From: Trichoplax sp. H2 | Taxonomy: Eukaryota | Direction: 5' to 3' | Length of the DNA stretch: 64,000 nt | Assembly (NCBI GenBank): GCA_003344405.1 | Contig: NOWV01000029.1 | Coordinates: 248,001 to 312,000 of the forward strand | Shown here: positions 11,394 to 23,510 of the stretch, piece after piece | How positions within the stretch are numbered: the stretch's first letter is position 1 | Layout: every line of letters begins with the position of its first letter | Made by a program: the position numbers and the translations under genes | The notes under the pieces: generated by a model | What the model was told of the DNA's origin: nothing | What the model saw: only the letters and a program-made list of their open reading frames with translations | The model's database searches: none

Positions 11394-13268
11394 ATGCTCT
11401 TTTCTGAAAGTGATTATGCCCGAAAAGTGGATAACACACAGCGCTCAACCAAGTGGGCTGTTGAAAATTGGGAGTCTTGGCGTAAGCAACTCAATGAAAA
11501 AAACAACGAAAATGTCAAGGAGTTATCGCAGATGAGTGTTAGCGAATTAAATGAATGGTTAACACGATACATTCATGAGACTCGTCGCCAAGATGGTGGC
11601 CCATATCCTGCACGCAGCTTATACTTACTGTTGTATGCTCTTCTTCGTCACATGCGAGATAAAGGTGTTACTGATAAAAATTTCTTAGATGAGAAAGATG
11701 AACGTTTCACTTCATTCCATGATGCACTGAAGAAGCGTATCGAACAAGTAGCTAACATCTCCAATGACCCCATCAAGAAAAGGCTAAAAGTATCCAGCAT
11801 TGATGAGTCAAAGCTATGGCAAACTGCTGTATTAGGAGATGCAACCTCATGGACATTGCAAAATACCGTCTTCTTTTATAACAGTAAATTGTTTACCATT
11901 CGAAATGTCGACTCTCATCGTACACTAGATGCTAACCAATTTGAAATCGGGTCTGACAATTTGGGTAAATATGTCCGCTTTATCCGCTCTATCAACGATA
12001 GCAACGGTGCTAAAGAGGCAGAAAAAGCTCCCAGTTTATCCACCATTTTCCGTCGTAAAGAGCAAAGTAATGATATAAAATTATATGCTCGTGATATGAA
12101 CAGTCGAGTTTACCATTGCTATGAAGTTTATCTGTCAATCGTGCCAAGACATGGCCCATTCTATAGAAGACCCATTAAATCAAGCGGGTTACTTAGCTTT
12201 CATTCTCAACCGGTCGGCAAAAATAGACTTGCAGTAATGCTAAAAGAAATGTGTGAGCGCGCTGATGAAATTTATCACGAATTTGTTAGCAAAAAACAAT
12301 TAAATGGCTCAGCAATCAGTCTAGGTCAGCGCCATTTGCCAATGCTTTTACCGCGGCCTGATGAGCCCAGCCCTTCAGATAGCCCTTCACCTACGCGAAG
12401 AAATCCCTCCAACCAAAATAGCACAGAAGATGATAGTACTCGACGTAGCGATACCATGTCAAAGAGAGGTCAAGGCTGCATCGAATGCTCGTCATCATTT
12501 AGGTCTACATCAACTACTAGCAACGCAACAAGCAATCAGTATCCTTTATCCACCGCTACATCGTCTCCATCTACGGTAAGATCCGGCATATTTTCAATCA
12601 ATGGCATTATGAATAAAGTCAATTCAAATAATGAGGTCAAACCATGCAGTCATGATTCAGCTATATCGCATTCTAAACAAGATTCCAACATCTCTACATC
12701 CATAAACTCAATTTCCGATAAAGCTCGGACAGAACAAGACAAATCTACTAATTTAGTATCTGCTCTATCTCCGTCTGACACGGTTGATGATGGTAACAAT
12801 AAATTGAAAAGACAACCTGATCGCCCTAATAACGTCGTTCAGATTCTTCCCATGACAGACCCTAAGTTGATTACTTTACAAAACGGTAACAAAATAATCA
12901 ACAACACCAACAGTACTGCTATCATACTCAAAGATTCCCCTCTTAATAACGATAACGTCGATCAACCAAATACTAACGGAAAAAGGATAAGCGATCATGC
13001 TAATAATTTGACAGATATCATAGTGACTAAGAAATCAAGGATAGACCAAGACGATAAACAAAGGAATTCTCTCAATTTTACTAGTATGGAAAATAGTCTA
13101 GGTTCATCAGTATTTGATAATTGCGACATCAATGTGTATTACCTAGGCTCACAGACCAAGGTAAATGTCTCGAACGGTAACTTAATACCACCTTCCATGT
13201 TCGAATCATGCTCATTTAATGATTGCACATTCAGTGTTTACTACTGTGGCTCTGAAGAATGTTCTTAA
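11394..13268 (+). CDS. DUF3504 (Crypton tyrosine-recombinase-derived) protein, KCTD1/QRICH1/ZMYM-like, ~624 aa
   Basis: Uninterrupted ORF with the first ATG at 11394. Motifs NTQRSTKWAVENWESW, ETRRQDGGPYPARSLYLLL, LQNTVFFYN, FYRRP and QPVGKNRLAVMLKEMC are followed by a Ser/Asn-rich low-complexity tail. The start is uncertain. Confidence 0.8.
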   Translation: MLFSESDYARKVDNTQRSTKWAVENWESWRKQLNEKNNENVKELSQMSVSELNEWLTRYIHETRRQDGGPYPARSLYLLLYALLRHMRDKGVTDKNFLDEKDERFTSFHDALKKRIEQVANISNDPIKKRLKVSSIDESKLWQTAVLGDATSWTLQNTVFFYNSKLFTIRNVDSHRTLDANQFEIGSDNLGKYVRFIRSINDSNGAKEAEKAPSLSTIFRRKEQSNDIKLYARDMNSRVYHCYEVYLSIVPRHGPFYRRPIKSSGLLSFHSQPVGKNRLAVMLKEMCERADEIYHEFVSKKQLNGSAISLGQRHLPMLLPRPDEPSPSDSPSPTRRNPSNQNSTEDDSTRRSDTMSKRGQGCIECSSSFRSTSTTSNATSNQYPLSTATSSPSTVRSGIFSINGIMNKVNSNNEVKPCSHDSAISHSKQDSNISTSINSISDKARTEQDKSTNLVSALSPSDTVDDGNNKLKRQPDRPNNVVQILPMTDPKLITLQNGNKIINNTNSTAIILKDSPLNNDNVDQPNTNGKRISDHANNLTDIIVTKKSRIDQDDKQRNSLNFTSMENSLGSSVFDNCDINVYYLGSQTKVNVSNGNLIPPSMFESCSFNDCTFSVYYCGSEECS

Positions 13269-13392
13269 TTGAATGTATTTTTAATTTGGGCTACTTTTTA
13301 ATGATACATCAATTCATTGATACTTATCAGTGTATAAAATACGAAATTTTTATGAACTTTTCCATTAGATATTACTTAACACATGTTAAAAG

Positions 13393-13414
13393 TATATATA
13401 TATATATATATATA
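13393..13414. repeat. (TA)n microsatellite
   Basis: A run of TA dinucleotides downstream of the DUF3504 ORF. Confidence 0.8.
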
Positions 13415-16400
13415 CTGTAATACCGTACAATATGATCGTACTTTAATATTCGATATAAAACTCTTTGGGTAAAATTTAGAAAAATGTTAATTATGTACAT
13501 TCTTAAAATCTGTTGTAGCGGTAAGATTACGGTGATGATATGTATCAAATGATAAAATTGCATGTCTATATGGTTAATATGTTATATAATTTTTGTGCTA
13601 ATTCACCAATAACTAATGCCGTCGTTTTTGCCGTATCTATTAGTAATCGAAATTTAATGTAGTATCCATAATATTTCTTCCGTACGTATAATTAATGTAT
13701 CCAGTATGCATGTGTACTATACGTAAATATATATATCGTAATAATACAACAGCATACACAACTAGTGTAACACAAGTATGGTTCGATAATAAAATGAACC
13801 TAGCATGCTTTTCTCGTGCTTCTAACCTCAAAATTCACTGTTACCTTATTATTCACGTGTCTTTAATTTTCACATACACATACGAGAATGTATTAATTTT
13901 GCCATATCTCTAGAATTCATGGATCAGTCGTAGTAATAATATTAGAAACACGCTTTCCATATAAGCAATGTAGCGAAAGTTTACATGTGAAACTTTTGTT
14001 GAAGTCCTTGCAATTTAAAATGCGTTACTCAATATCGAAACAAGATATTTAACAAAATTTATCTTCATCTGCAATTGACATCTATAGAGTAGTCGCGGCC
14101 GCGTACTTTATCTAATTTTGGATCATACATAATACGTGTTGATTAATTTCAGGGCAATCCAACGATACACGTACGATATAGTTGGCCCATGAGATTATTT
14201 CTAGGTTCATGAAGTATATCTTAAATAATTATTTTTATATATTCGATAGTTTAGAGTTGCAAATTTTATTATTGGACTTGCTTCACTCCCTTAAACATTT
14301 ACACCTTTATTGTCGATCAATTCATTAAAAACATGCGATTATTTTAATACATTACACTATTAACAATAAAGGCGTGATTATAGTTGAAGCACAGACAGTT
14401 TATCTTACAAAATTCAACTATCAAGCTATATATGTAGGCTGCTTGGTGTTTCTACGGTACTCTATGTGATAATTTATTTAATTATTAATTACTGTACAGT
14501 ATATATTATTGTTGATAGATAGAAATATACAGTATATGCAAAAAACGTCAAGCCGGTCTTTGATCATTTACAGACCATGATCATTTCCTCTATGCCCATC
14601 ACTGAGATTCGCGAATATACCGGTTTATTAGCCTAGCTAAGAAACAAAAATACTCCTTTGTGCCACAGATTTTAACAAAATATTATGCTAATTATTGCAT
14701 ATTATATGAGACAGGAATAATGATCGCTAACCTCGATATTTACATAAAGAAAGAAGCATAGTAATTAAAACGGTTATTTTTTTGATGTAAATTTCGATCT
14801 ATATTGTAATCAACCATGTCATACTATATGACTTTGAATAACCTTTGGCAAATTGACAACAGCTTCTCAGTCATATGATGTTATTCCATTAAAAGAATCA
14901 AAAATGAAAAACTTTTCTTTTTCTTGATCTGAAATTATTTCTATAGTACGCTAGCACGATATTACTTGTTATACTATACAGTAGATCCATCTGATAGATG
15001 TTGAACGCTCACTATAAGACACGTCACAGTGTGCTAACTATAGCTATCATATGATATTATTCCAATATAAAAATAAAAATGAGTGACTTTTCATTTTCTT
15101 AATCTCAAATTGTTCCTATCATCATTATTAACTCTACATTACTTGCTCTAGATCCATCTGATAGGTGTCAAATACTTAGGTGTTTTTTTAGGCAACTCTG
15201 GGATACAGTCCAATAAGCAGTAATATGGAAAATTACAAACTACTTCCATGACTAGTAGTATAGTTTTTATTATTATAAAATTAAATCGTTGTATGATATA
15301 GTACGGTGTTTAATCCAAATTTACGGTAATCTTTATCCAGCCGCTCAGGAAGTTACGAACTGTACGTTAGCATACGAGATGTAAATTTTTTTCTTCTTCC
15401 TTAGGTCTAGTAGCGTAAGTTAGAAGATGAGTGCGTTAGCTTATAACGATGACCTCTCCGCTTAGTATTGTTTAATGTAATTGTAGAAGTAAAATAATAT
15501 AATGCATCTAAAAATGATGAATTAATTTTTTATACGCATCTCTATAGAGAAGAAAAGGCCAATCGCCAGTCAGATATCACGTTATCATTTTATTAGCTAC
15601 TAATTATATATCCCTGACAAGAACAGTAAATTTGCATGTCTTAACTATTCAATGTCTATATTCTGATTTTTACCTCTATATGGAAATTTAAAAGGTCAAT
15701 GAAAGCTTTTTAAATGTTTGTTATTCAATAATAACGTATAACCTGTTTATTTACTGACTACATAACACAATGTTATACTTAGCCGGATAATCTGCATAAC
15801 TTATGTTGAGGAAATCTCCACCCGTTACAATTATTTTACATAACTATGATTATCGTAATGAGTTCCAGTAACTATTTATATTAAAGTAGAATTATATAAT
15901 ACGGCATATACGTTTACAAACAAGACGTAATGTTATTATATACTGTCTTAAAATGCGTGGTAAGCGTATAATTATTTGATAACTTCTATACACGTATTAT
16001 GCACTTTACACTCGGGCGTACACGATCAGATGGGGTCTATAGACAGCAAGATGGTGAGGCTCATGACTATCAGTTACAATTACTCTTTATGCTTGTAGGT
16101 AACAATCTTCATAAAATGGCATAGTCTATACCACAACAATGTACGAAGTGCATATGTGATGATCATTAAATCAACTAATTATTGCCACCTTCAGCTGTAC
16201 GTCAAGTTCTATGCGTTGGTCATATAAAAAGTCTTGAAATCATAACATCTTTCAAATAAACACATCAGCCTTTGGTATACCATACGTCGTATGTAACCGA
16301 ATCGCCAAGTACGAATGTGAATAGAAAGGGTCAAAATTTTTAACATATTTGGAGTTTACAGCGTGCTGAGCATGTGATTGGTAAATAGTACGATATTATA

Positions 16401-18649
16401 GACGGACTATAAAAAGTAGTTAATTCAATCATTTTGACCGCAATGGATGAACTAATTTTTAAGAGCTGATTGTATTTCACGATTGGACTAACGATGGGTG
16501 CAAAGTCGTATAGTTCTAGAATCAACTTTTAGTATTTATAACAGAGGTTTCATAGTTGTATTATGTTACGTTCGTAATATAAGTTCTGTGTTTTAATGAG
16601 ATTGTAGGAATGTGCAGTTCTATCTCCCACGATCAATACGCAATTTTTGAGTATCGTAATACGTCTATTTTGGATTGTTACGTTACAGAGTAAGATATTA
16701 TATCAGTAGATTTTAAACTTTTGCTGACACTAGCGTAAGTACTCGTATTGCAAGAATTATTTCAGCAATTGACAATTAATTATAATATCGCGTAACATGT
16801 AGTGTGATCAAACTCTACGTAAATAAAAATACCGTAATAGAATATAATTTAAAAATTGGGGATTTAATCCAATGTATTCCGTCTTAATAAAAATAAATTG
16901 GCTCTCATTTATTAGATAAACTTTTAAAACCGTCCATTACTGTCAGTCTTGCCTCTTTTACCTTCTAGGAGTCGGTGAGTTAAGCGAAATAACTTTTCAT
17001 GGCAATATACTGTATACTCGCATTTTATTGGAGCAAATAAAAAGGTACAAATACTATGCAAATGCATTCTATTGCTGTTATTGTAAATGATATACTGTAG
17101 TTAATACACAGCAAATCCGTCAAATTTTACCATCCTAGAAACAGTGGTAGGGACTAGGAAAGATTCAATTTAAAAAAAAAAATAGGCTTAAAACTTTTAT
17201 AACTCGAACACAAACGGCACTCACCCAGTAGGGGTTCTATACAAGATTTTTTTTAGGGATCTATTATAAAAAAGGGGAGGCAAATTTAATGAAGTTCAGA
17301 ATAGTACAAACAAGAAAATAGCTATCAATGCGTTAATGCGTCGTCGCGGCATTAACATTAGCCATTTTAATAACTTTATTACGTCACTGTCTCACAAGTC
17401 ATAACTATGTCTGATCCCTTAAAGTCGTTGATAACAATGAAAATAATTTTAATTAATTTAATTTTAATTTTAATACAGTTATTAAACAAAATGAATCAAT
17501 TAGCTCTGAAATGTGGTTGAAACCAGGCCGTCCGAATATGGTATTATCACTGATAGAATTTTAAGCTAGGTGTCTTCAATAAATTTTTGAAAGTCGACAT
17601 CGAGTTTATTTTTTGATTATTTATAATTAATAGTGTTGACTCAAAAATCGATCTGGAAACAATAAACAAGGACAGGCTTCGCCATCCTGCTTAATGATGA
17701 TCGGTATTCATCAGTGTTTTGCAACTTCCTTCCTCTTCATTAAACCTTATTAGTGCTTTTGTACGGGGCGTAAGAATTATGCGGTGTGCACTGTACCGTG
17801 TAGTAGTCGATATGGAAGTCGATGATATGGAAGATTACGTTACTTGAATGTTGATATCACTACAGCCTTGCATAAGGGACTACTCAAGTAAAAACGTTCC
17901 CATTTTTTCACCGTAGCCATCTCTCTACATTCTCGACTCCCTTTCTCTAATCTACTCCTCTCTCTTACGATAGAATCGGGGATTATATAGTAAGGGAGGA
18001 GAGTAGATCGGACTACCGGAAATTACAGCAGAAAGTAAAGAGGAGAGGAGAGACTTACGCGCCATACTGTACTTTGATCGGGAAGAAAGAAAAAAAAAAT
18101 CATGGTTTAACTGGTTTAATTGCCACACACTTCAAGTAGAGTACAGTATACTGTTGAGCGACCCATGTAATGTACAGTACTCTCTCTGACATTCGGACTG
18201 GCCTGGCCTGGCCACTGTCGCTAGTCATTAAAGTACTAGTATTGTCGAGATTTAATACTGTACACATATGAAAAATTGACCGGATTTGGTTGAAAAATGC
18301 CCGCATATAATATTTGGATTTGGAAAAGGATCATAATGTACTTTAATGCAGATTGCAGAGGTGTGCTGTACACTGTACTACAGTAGTGAAAATTACAGTC
18401 AATATACATAGAGTAACCAGTGACCAAAGAACTGACCGATCCAATTCTGTACAGTACTTCTATGCAATTAACACAACAATATAATAAGGAAGTAAAGTAC
18501 TAGATTTGGATTGGAATGATATGACTTTAGTAACAAAAATATTGACATCACAAATAAAATATATAAATATTTTTATTTTTATTAAAAGGAATCCTATCAA
18601 AACGTATGGGTGTGGCATCTGTATCATAATATTATAGCAATACTCGGAG

Positions 18650-18965
18650 AGCATTATGTACCATAATAACATTATACTGAACTTCACAAGGAATATCTTT
18701 TGAATGACATTTCTAGAAATTGAGTAACTTACAGAATTCAAACAGCATTTTGTACCATAATAACATTATACTGTACTTCACAAGGAATATCTTGAATGAC
18801 ATTTCTAGAAATTGAGTAACTTACAGAATTCATTCTTATATCATTCAAACAGCATTTTGTACCATAATAACATTATATTGTACTTCACAAGGAATATCTT
18901 AAATGACATTTCTAGAAATTGAGTAACTTACAGAATCCATTCTTATATCATTCAAATCAGCATTG
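18650..18965. repeat. Tandem repeat, 3 near-identical copies of ~94-108 bp
   Basis: Units start AGCATT(A/T)TGTACCATAATAACATTATA at ~18650, 18744 and 18851, and each contains GACATTTCTAGAAATTGAGTAACTTACAGAAT. Confidence 0.9.
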
Positions 18966-19648
18966 AATGCTTCGTGTGGGCAAAAATGAATGAATTCATT
19001 CTTCTCGTATGAATGTGACCAGATCTATTCGGGTACTGAAGCGCTTGCGCAGTCAGATCAGATCCGTCTGACTGCTTCAAAGTCCGTCCGGTCTGGTCTG
19101 ACCACCTACGCCGATGAAATGATTTCAATTTTATTTTTAGAAATTTTGTAATCAGTGTCCCTGCGCCCTCTACAGTGTACAGTGCCGTTCTACAGTACTT
19201 CTAGTCCCAATCCTACCGTACAGTACTGTAGCATAGACTAGTGTACAGTACTAAAAATGGCTAAAAAATTCTTTCCTACAGTACTGGACGTACAGTACAT
19301 GACATGACAGTGATGACACTATACTGTATAGGTTCATAAAGGTATTGGACCGAACCGAACCTTTCTCAGGCCTACATGACAGTACCGTACAGTACTGTAC
19401 TTGACAGTACCGTACAGTACACTGTATTGTAGATACGGCACCAAACCGATACTGTACCGTACAGCACTGTACGGTACCCTACTCCCATTCTTTGCTAGAA
19501 CCTTATTAATGTGTTGGCATGTTTGAAGCGGCCTAGTTCCACTCACTGTAACTGACTGTATTCCTCCTACACCTTACCGACGACCGAAAAGTTTCACCAG
19601 ATTTGTCAACGTCTTACCACCTGAAACATCAAAAGGAAGTTTAAAATC

Positions 19649-21164
19649 ATGGATCAAATACAAAAAATGTTCGGCATGGGCAAGAAGAAGCAGGGTGGAC
19701 CACCAACTACTTCCGATGCTATTCAAAAGTTGCGAGAAACTGAGGAAATGCTCGAGAAAAAATCCTCATACATCGAAGGGAAAATCGATAGCGAAATCAC
19801 TATCATCAAAAAGCATGTTCGAACGAACAAACGAGGTCAGCTGCCGTTAATATAATGTAATGATGTATGAATCTTTCGTTATTAAAGCCAAATTGGAAAT
19901 AGCTAATCCATGATGGTAATATTGATTTCATTTTGTAGCGGCCTTAAATGCACTTAAACGTAAGAAAAGATTGGAAAAGCAATTAGGCCAGATAGATGGC
20001 ACATTATCAACGATTGAATATCAACGTGAGGCTTTAGAAAATGCCAATACGAACACTGAAGTCCTAAAGACGATGGGTTTCGCCGCTAAGGCCCTAAAAT
20101 CGGCTCATCAACAACTGTAAGTACATTTCACTAATCTAGCCCAATGAATAACGACGATCAGTACATACTGTACTGTAAAAATTTGCTAGGACCTTGCAAT
20201 AGAAACGAATAGTACTCTAGCTTCAAACTAGTAACCGACCGATCAAGTATCAAACTAAGTTCATTTCAACAATTGCGTCCTAATCATCTCGGTATGAGTG
20301 GCACGTTACTATACTAGCAATGAAATGGAAGATATAAGTGCGATCGGGCTTTGCAGAGTCATGACAACATATTCCGCTAATAATGAATCACAACAATTTG
20401 ACGATAATGTCGAAAAATTGAATTACTGCGCTACAATCAATTTTAACATTATCCTCAGTAGTTTATGGAAAAATTTTGAATATTATCATCTCCTACATGA
20501 ATATTTTGATATCGTAGCGTCGTTAATGCTAAATAAGATAACTTTGAGAACGTTACTATAACCATTCGTAATTCTTATAAAATAGGAATGCCGACGATGT
20601 ACATGACCTAATGGATGATATTGCTGAGCAACAAGAGGTTGCTAATGAAATTTCAAACGCCATTTCCACTGGCATAGGCTTTGGTCAAGATCTAGACGAG
20701 GTATGAGGCAATTTTATCACAATTAAATTTCCATAGTCTTGTTGAAAATATATCTACTATCTTGATCCATATTGAACAAGCATGATAAGACTATAAATAA
20801 AAGGATACTGTGACTACTTCAATAAACACTAGTGTTATCGGTGCTATTTCTGCCTCAATTTTTCTCTTAATAACTCACCAATACAGGATGAATTAAATGC
20901 CGAACTTGAGGAATTAGAACAAGAAGAATTAGACTCAGAATTGCTTGACGTTGAGAAGCCTGAAGTTCAATTACCGGCTGTACCATCCGATGAACTACCA
21001 ACAGGTACGCTAATTTTAGTAGTCGCAAATCATTCTATTCAATCGTTTAACGGATTATTAGTCGATTGACCGAGATTATTCTATGTTGTTTAGTGAAACA
21101 AAAGGCCAAGCCTAAACCAGAAGCAGATGAAGAATTAGCTGAATTGGAGGCCTGGGCCTCGTAA
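19649..21164 (+). CDS. CHMP4: Charged multivesicular body protein 4 (Snf7/Vps32, ESCRT-III), 5 exons, ~222 aa
   Basis: Exons 19649-19835, 19939-20116, 20586-20700, 20887-21004 and 21094-21164. Motifs AIQKLRETEEMLEKK, ALKRKKRLEKQLGQIDGTLSTIEYQREALENA, DEDELNAELEELEQEEL and C-terminal ELAELEAWAS (ALIX-binding type). Confidence 0.96.
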
Positions 21165-23510
21165 AATTGAGCATGTACTTTATTTAAATCGATTAACATC
21201 AACCATCATATATTTACTGTATTCGATCAAGATATTCATTGTTACAAATCTATCTCCTTAAACCGATTTTATGACCTTACTGTGTTACTGTAATGTAAAG
21301 ATAAGCTAATTTTAGAAGCCTTTCCAATAATCGTAGCTACATTCAATTTTATACTGTATACCTCGTCTAGTTTATGCTTTCGCCGTAGCACGCAGTAGTA
21401 TTTCGTTATAATAATAAGACAATTTTAAATTGAGTACTGGAATCAGTACTGTCAAATACTTATCAGCTCCAACTGCGGCCTTTAAAAATGATCATTGCCT
21501 ATTCTCTGTGATATAGTTTATCGCTTTAAGCGATTGCTACAGTGTGTTGCAATCATTTCAAACAAATCTCGGAAATATTCTAGTCGTATCACGACATTAA
21601 GATACTTTCTATGGTATTTAAGAGCTAAGGTTGGGTTTTTGTAGAATTTAATTATGCCTTGATTAGTTTACTGTTGTAATGTACTTATTTCGGTTATTTT
21701 TCCGCCGAACAACATAGCTGTCATCGCAGACTTTACAATTCACCGTAAATCTGTAACAACAAACGGTATACTTATATTTGTATTCTTGCAATACCGAATA
21801 AAATTACCTTCTATGAGATTTTATTATTTTTGCACCGTAGATTATAACTTACTAGGTGTATTATTTAGCGTACTTTGACAGTACATCGGCGTTGCATGAT
21901 TGCTAGATACGGCAATATGTACAACCATTTAGATAGGCATTCCTGTCTAATATACTAGAGTTGAAGAAAATGCCTTGGCTAACTCTAGAACCTGATCGCA
22001 AGTGAAATTTCTACTGGATGTACAGTATATTAGTTATCGTAGAGCAGCGTTATTAGCCTGTAATGTATCAGTAGGTGTATATACTGTAAATATCATTTTA
22101 TGTACAAGATAAACCGTAATGCTAAGTTTAGCATATTAGACTATCAACTCGTATGAGCTCGAGGACATATACCGTATACGTGCTATTTTAGAGTCATGCT
22201 TGCGATGCGCATAGTACTGTACAGTGTACAGTAATGATAATCATCTTTATTTATGGTTTTATTAAATATAAATGAATATGGATTTATAGCCGCATTGATA
22301 AACTAGAAATTTAGATAGTATTGTCGAAATTTGTATGAAAACTAATTCTGAATATCATCATGAACGCTTACTTAATCCAGTCTCAATATTGACTGTACTT
22401 GATTCAACGGAAACGAAAGTATTTAGGATTACTTTCCTTAGCATTAGTTGCGACTACATTTTCCCAATTTCATTATATTATAAAAAATAGATCAGAAATT
22501 CTACTCAAACTGCTCCGATTTCAATTTATTGTACTCGTTTGATGGCTGTACCGTAGTTGCACGAGAAGTTGATAGTTCACGTGTCATACGTTAACCAGGT
22601 TATAAAGAGTAAATATGGACAGTTTGCTTACGGCGGACAACTGTACAGTGTACAAGCGTAGTGTATATTGTACATACAGGCAGTGCTTCGATCAATGTTG
22701 TTCTGGTACTATGAGTAAACTAACCATGACGAAAAAGATAGAGTATTTTATACTGCATGTACCGTCATAATTCTTGCCTTGTCTACTTTGACGATTATGT
22801 TAACTGCATGATGATCAACTGAAAAATGAACTCTTGCTCGCGTTCCGGCATTTCTACGCGTCCAATCTGGTACGACGGCAATGCGGTAGTTGGTGGATAG
22901 CGTATTGAGACGTTGACAAAGTATCGCTTATTTATTATTATCCACTTGACTTTGATCCTTTGAACTAGATTGAAAACGATCAGCTATTGCATGCATTGCC
23001 ATGGAATAACGATCAATTTTAAATATAAAAATTATCCAAAATTCACTTCTGCTGCAGTCATCGCAGCTAGACGAACCCCCCCAGGCCTGCCAATGAGCAC
23101 CACCACGACTCTAACCCTTCCATTGCCGGACGGGACGGGACGGCCAGCCGATTGCATTGTTCCCATGCCCTTGCCGATAACCTTCCTCATCGTAGGCGTC
23201 GCCAGATTACCCTACTGCTACCTCGAGAGTATACTGTATCTGTCTGTCTGTACTGTTATCTGTACAGTACAGAATTGTTTACCGTTGCCTATACCAGATA
23301 GTAGAAAAATGACAAGAGTACTGCTGACGGTACTGCCAAATGCTCAGGAAATAAGCACGCCAAGGATCACCAGCAGCGCTTGGACTAGTCCATAATTAAT
23401 TAATTATAATTCAAAGTGGAGTGGTAGCCGCAGTGGATGGAAGCTTTCCATCAGAAGGAAAGAGTGTAGTGGTAGTTTTACATGGACTAGTAAACTTCCA
23501 ATTGGAATCC

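Noticed and set aside
18650..18965. Repeat arrays as possible CRISPR
   Set aside because: The units are whole tandem duplications without unique spacers, the context is eukaryotic, and there are no cas genes.
22970..23395. 141-aa ORF upstream of FHOD
   Set aside because: It has a non-ATG start, overlaps GC-richer promoter or 5' UTR sequence with pentamer tracts, and has no recognisable homology.
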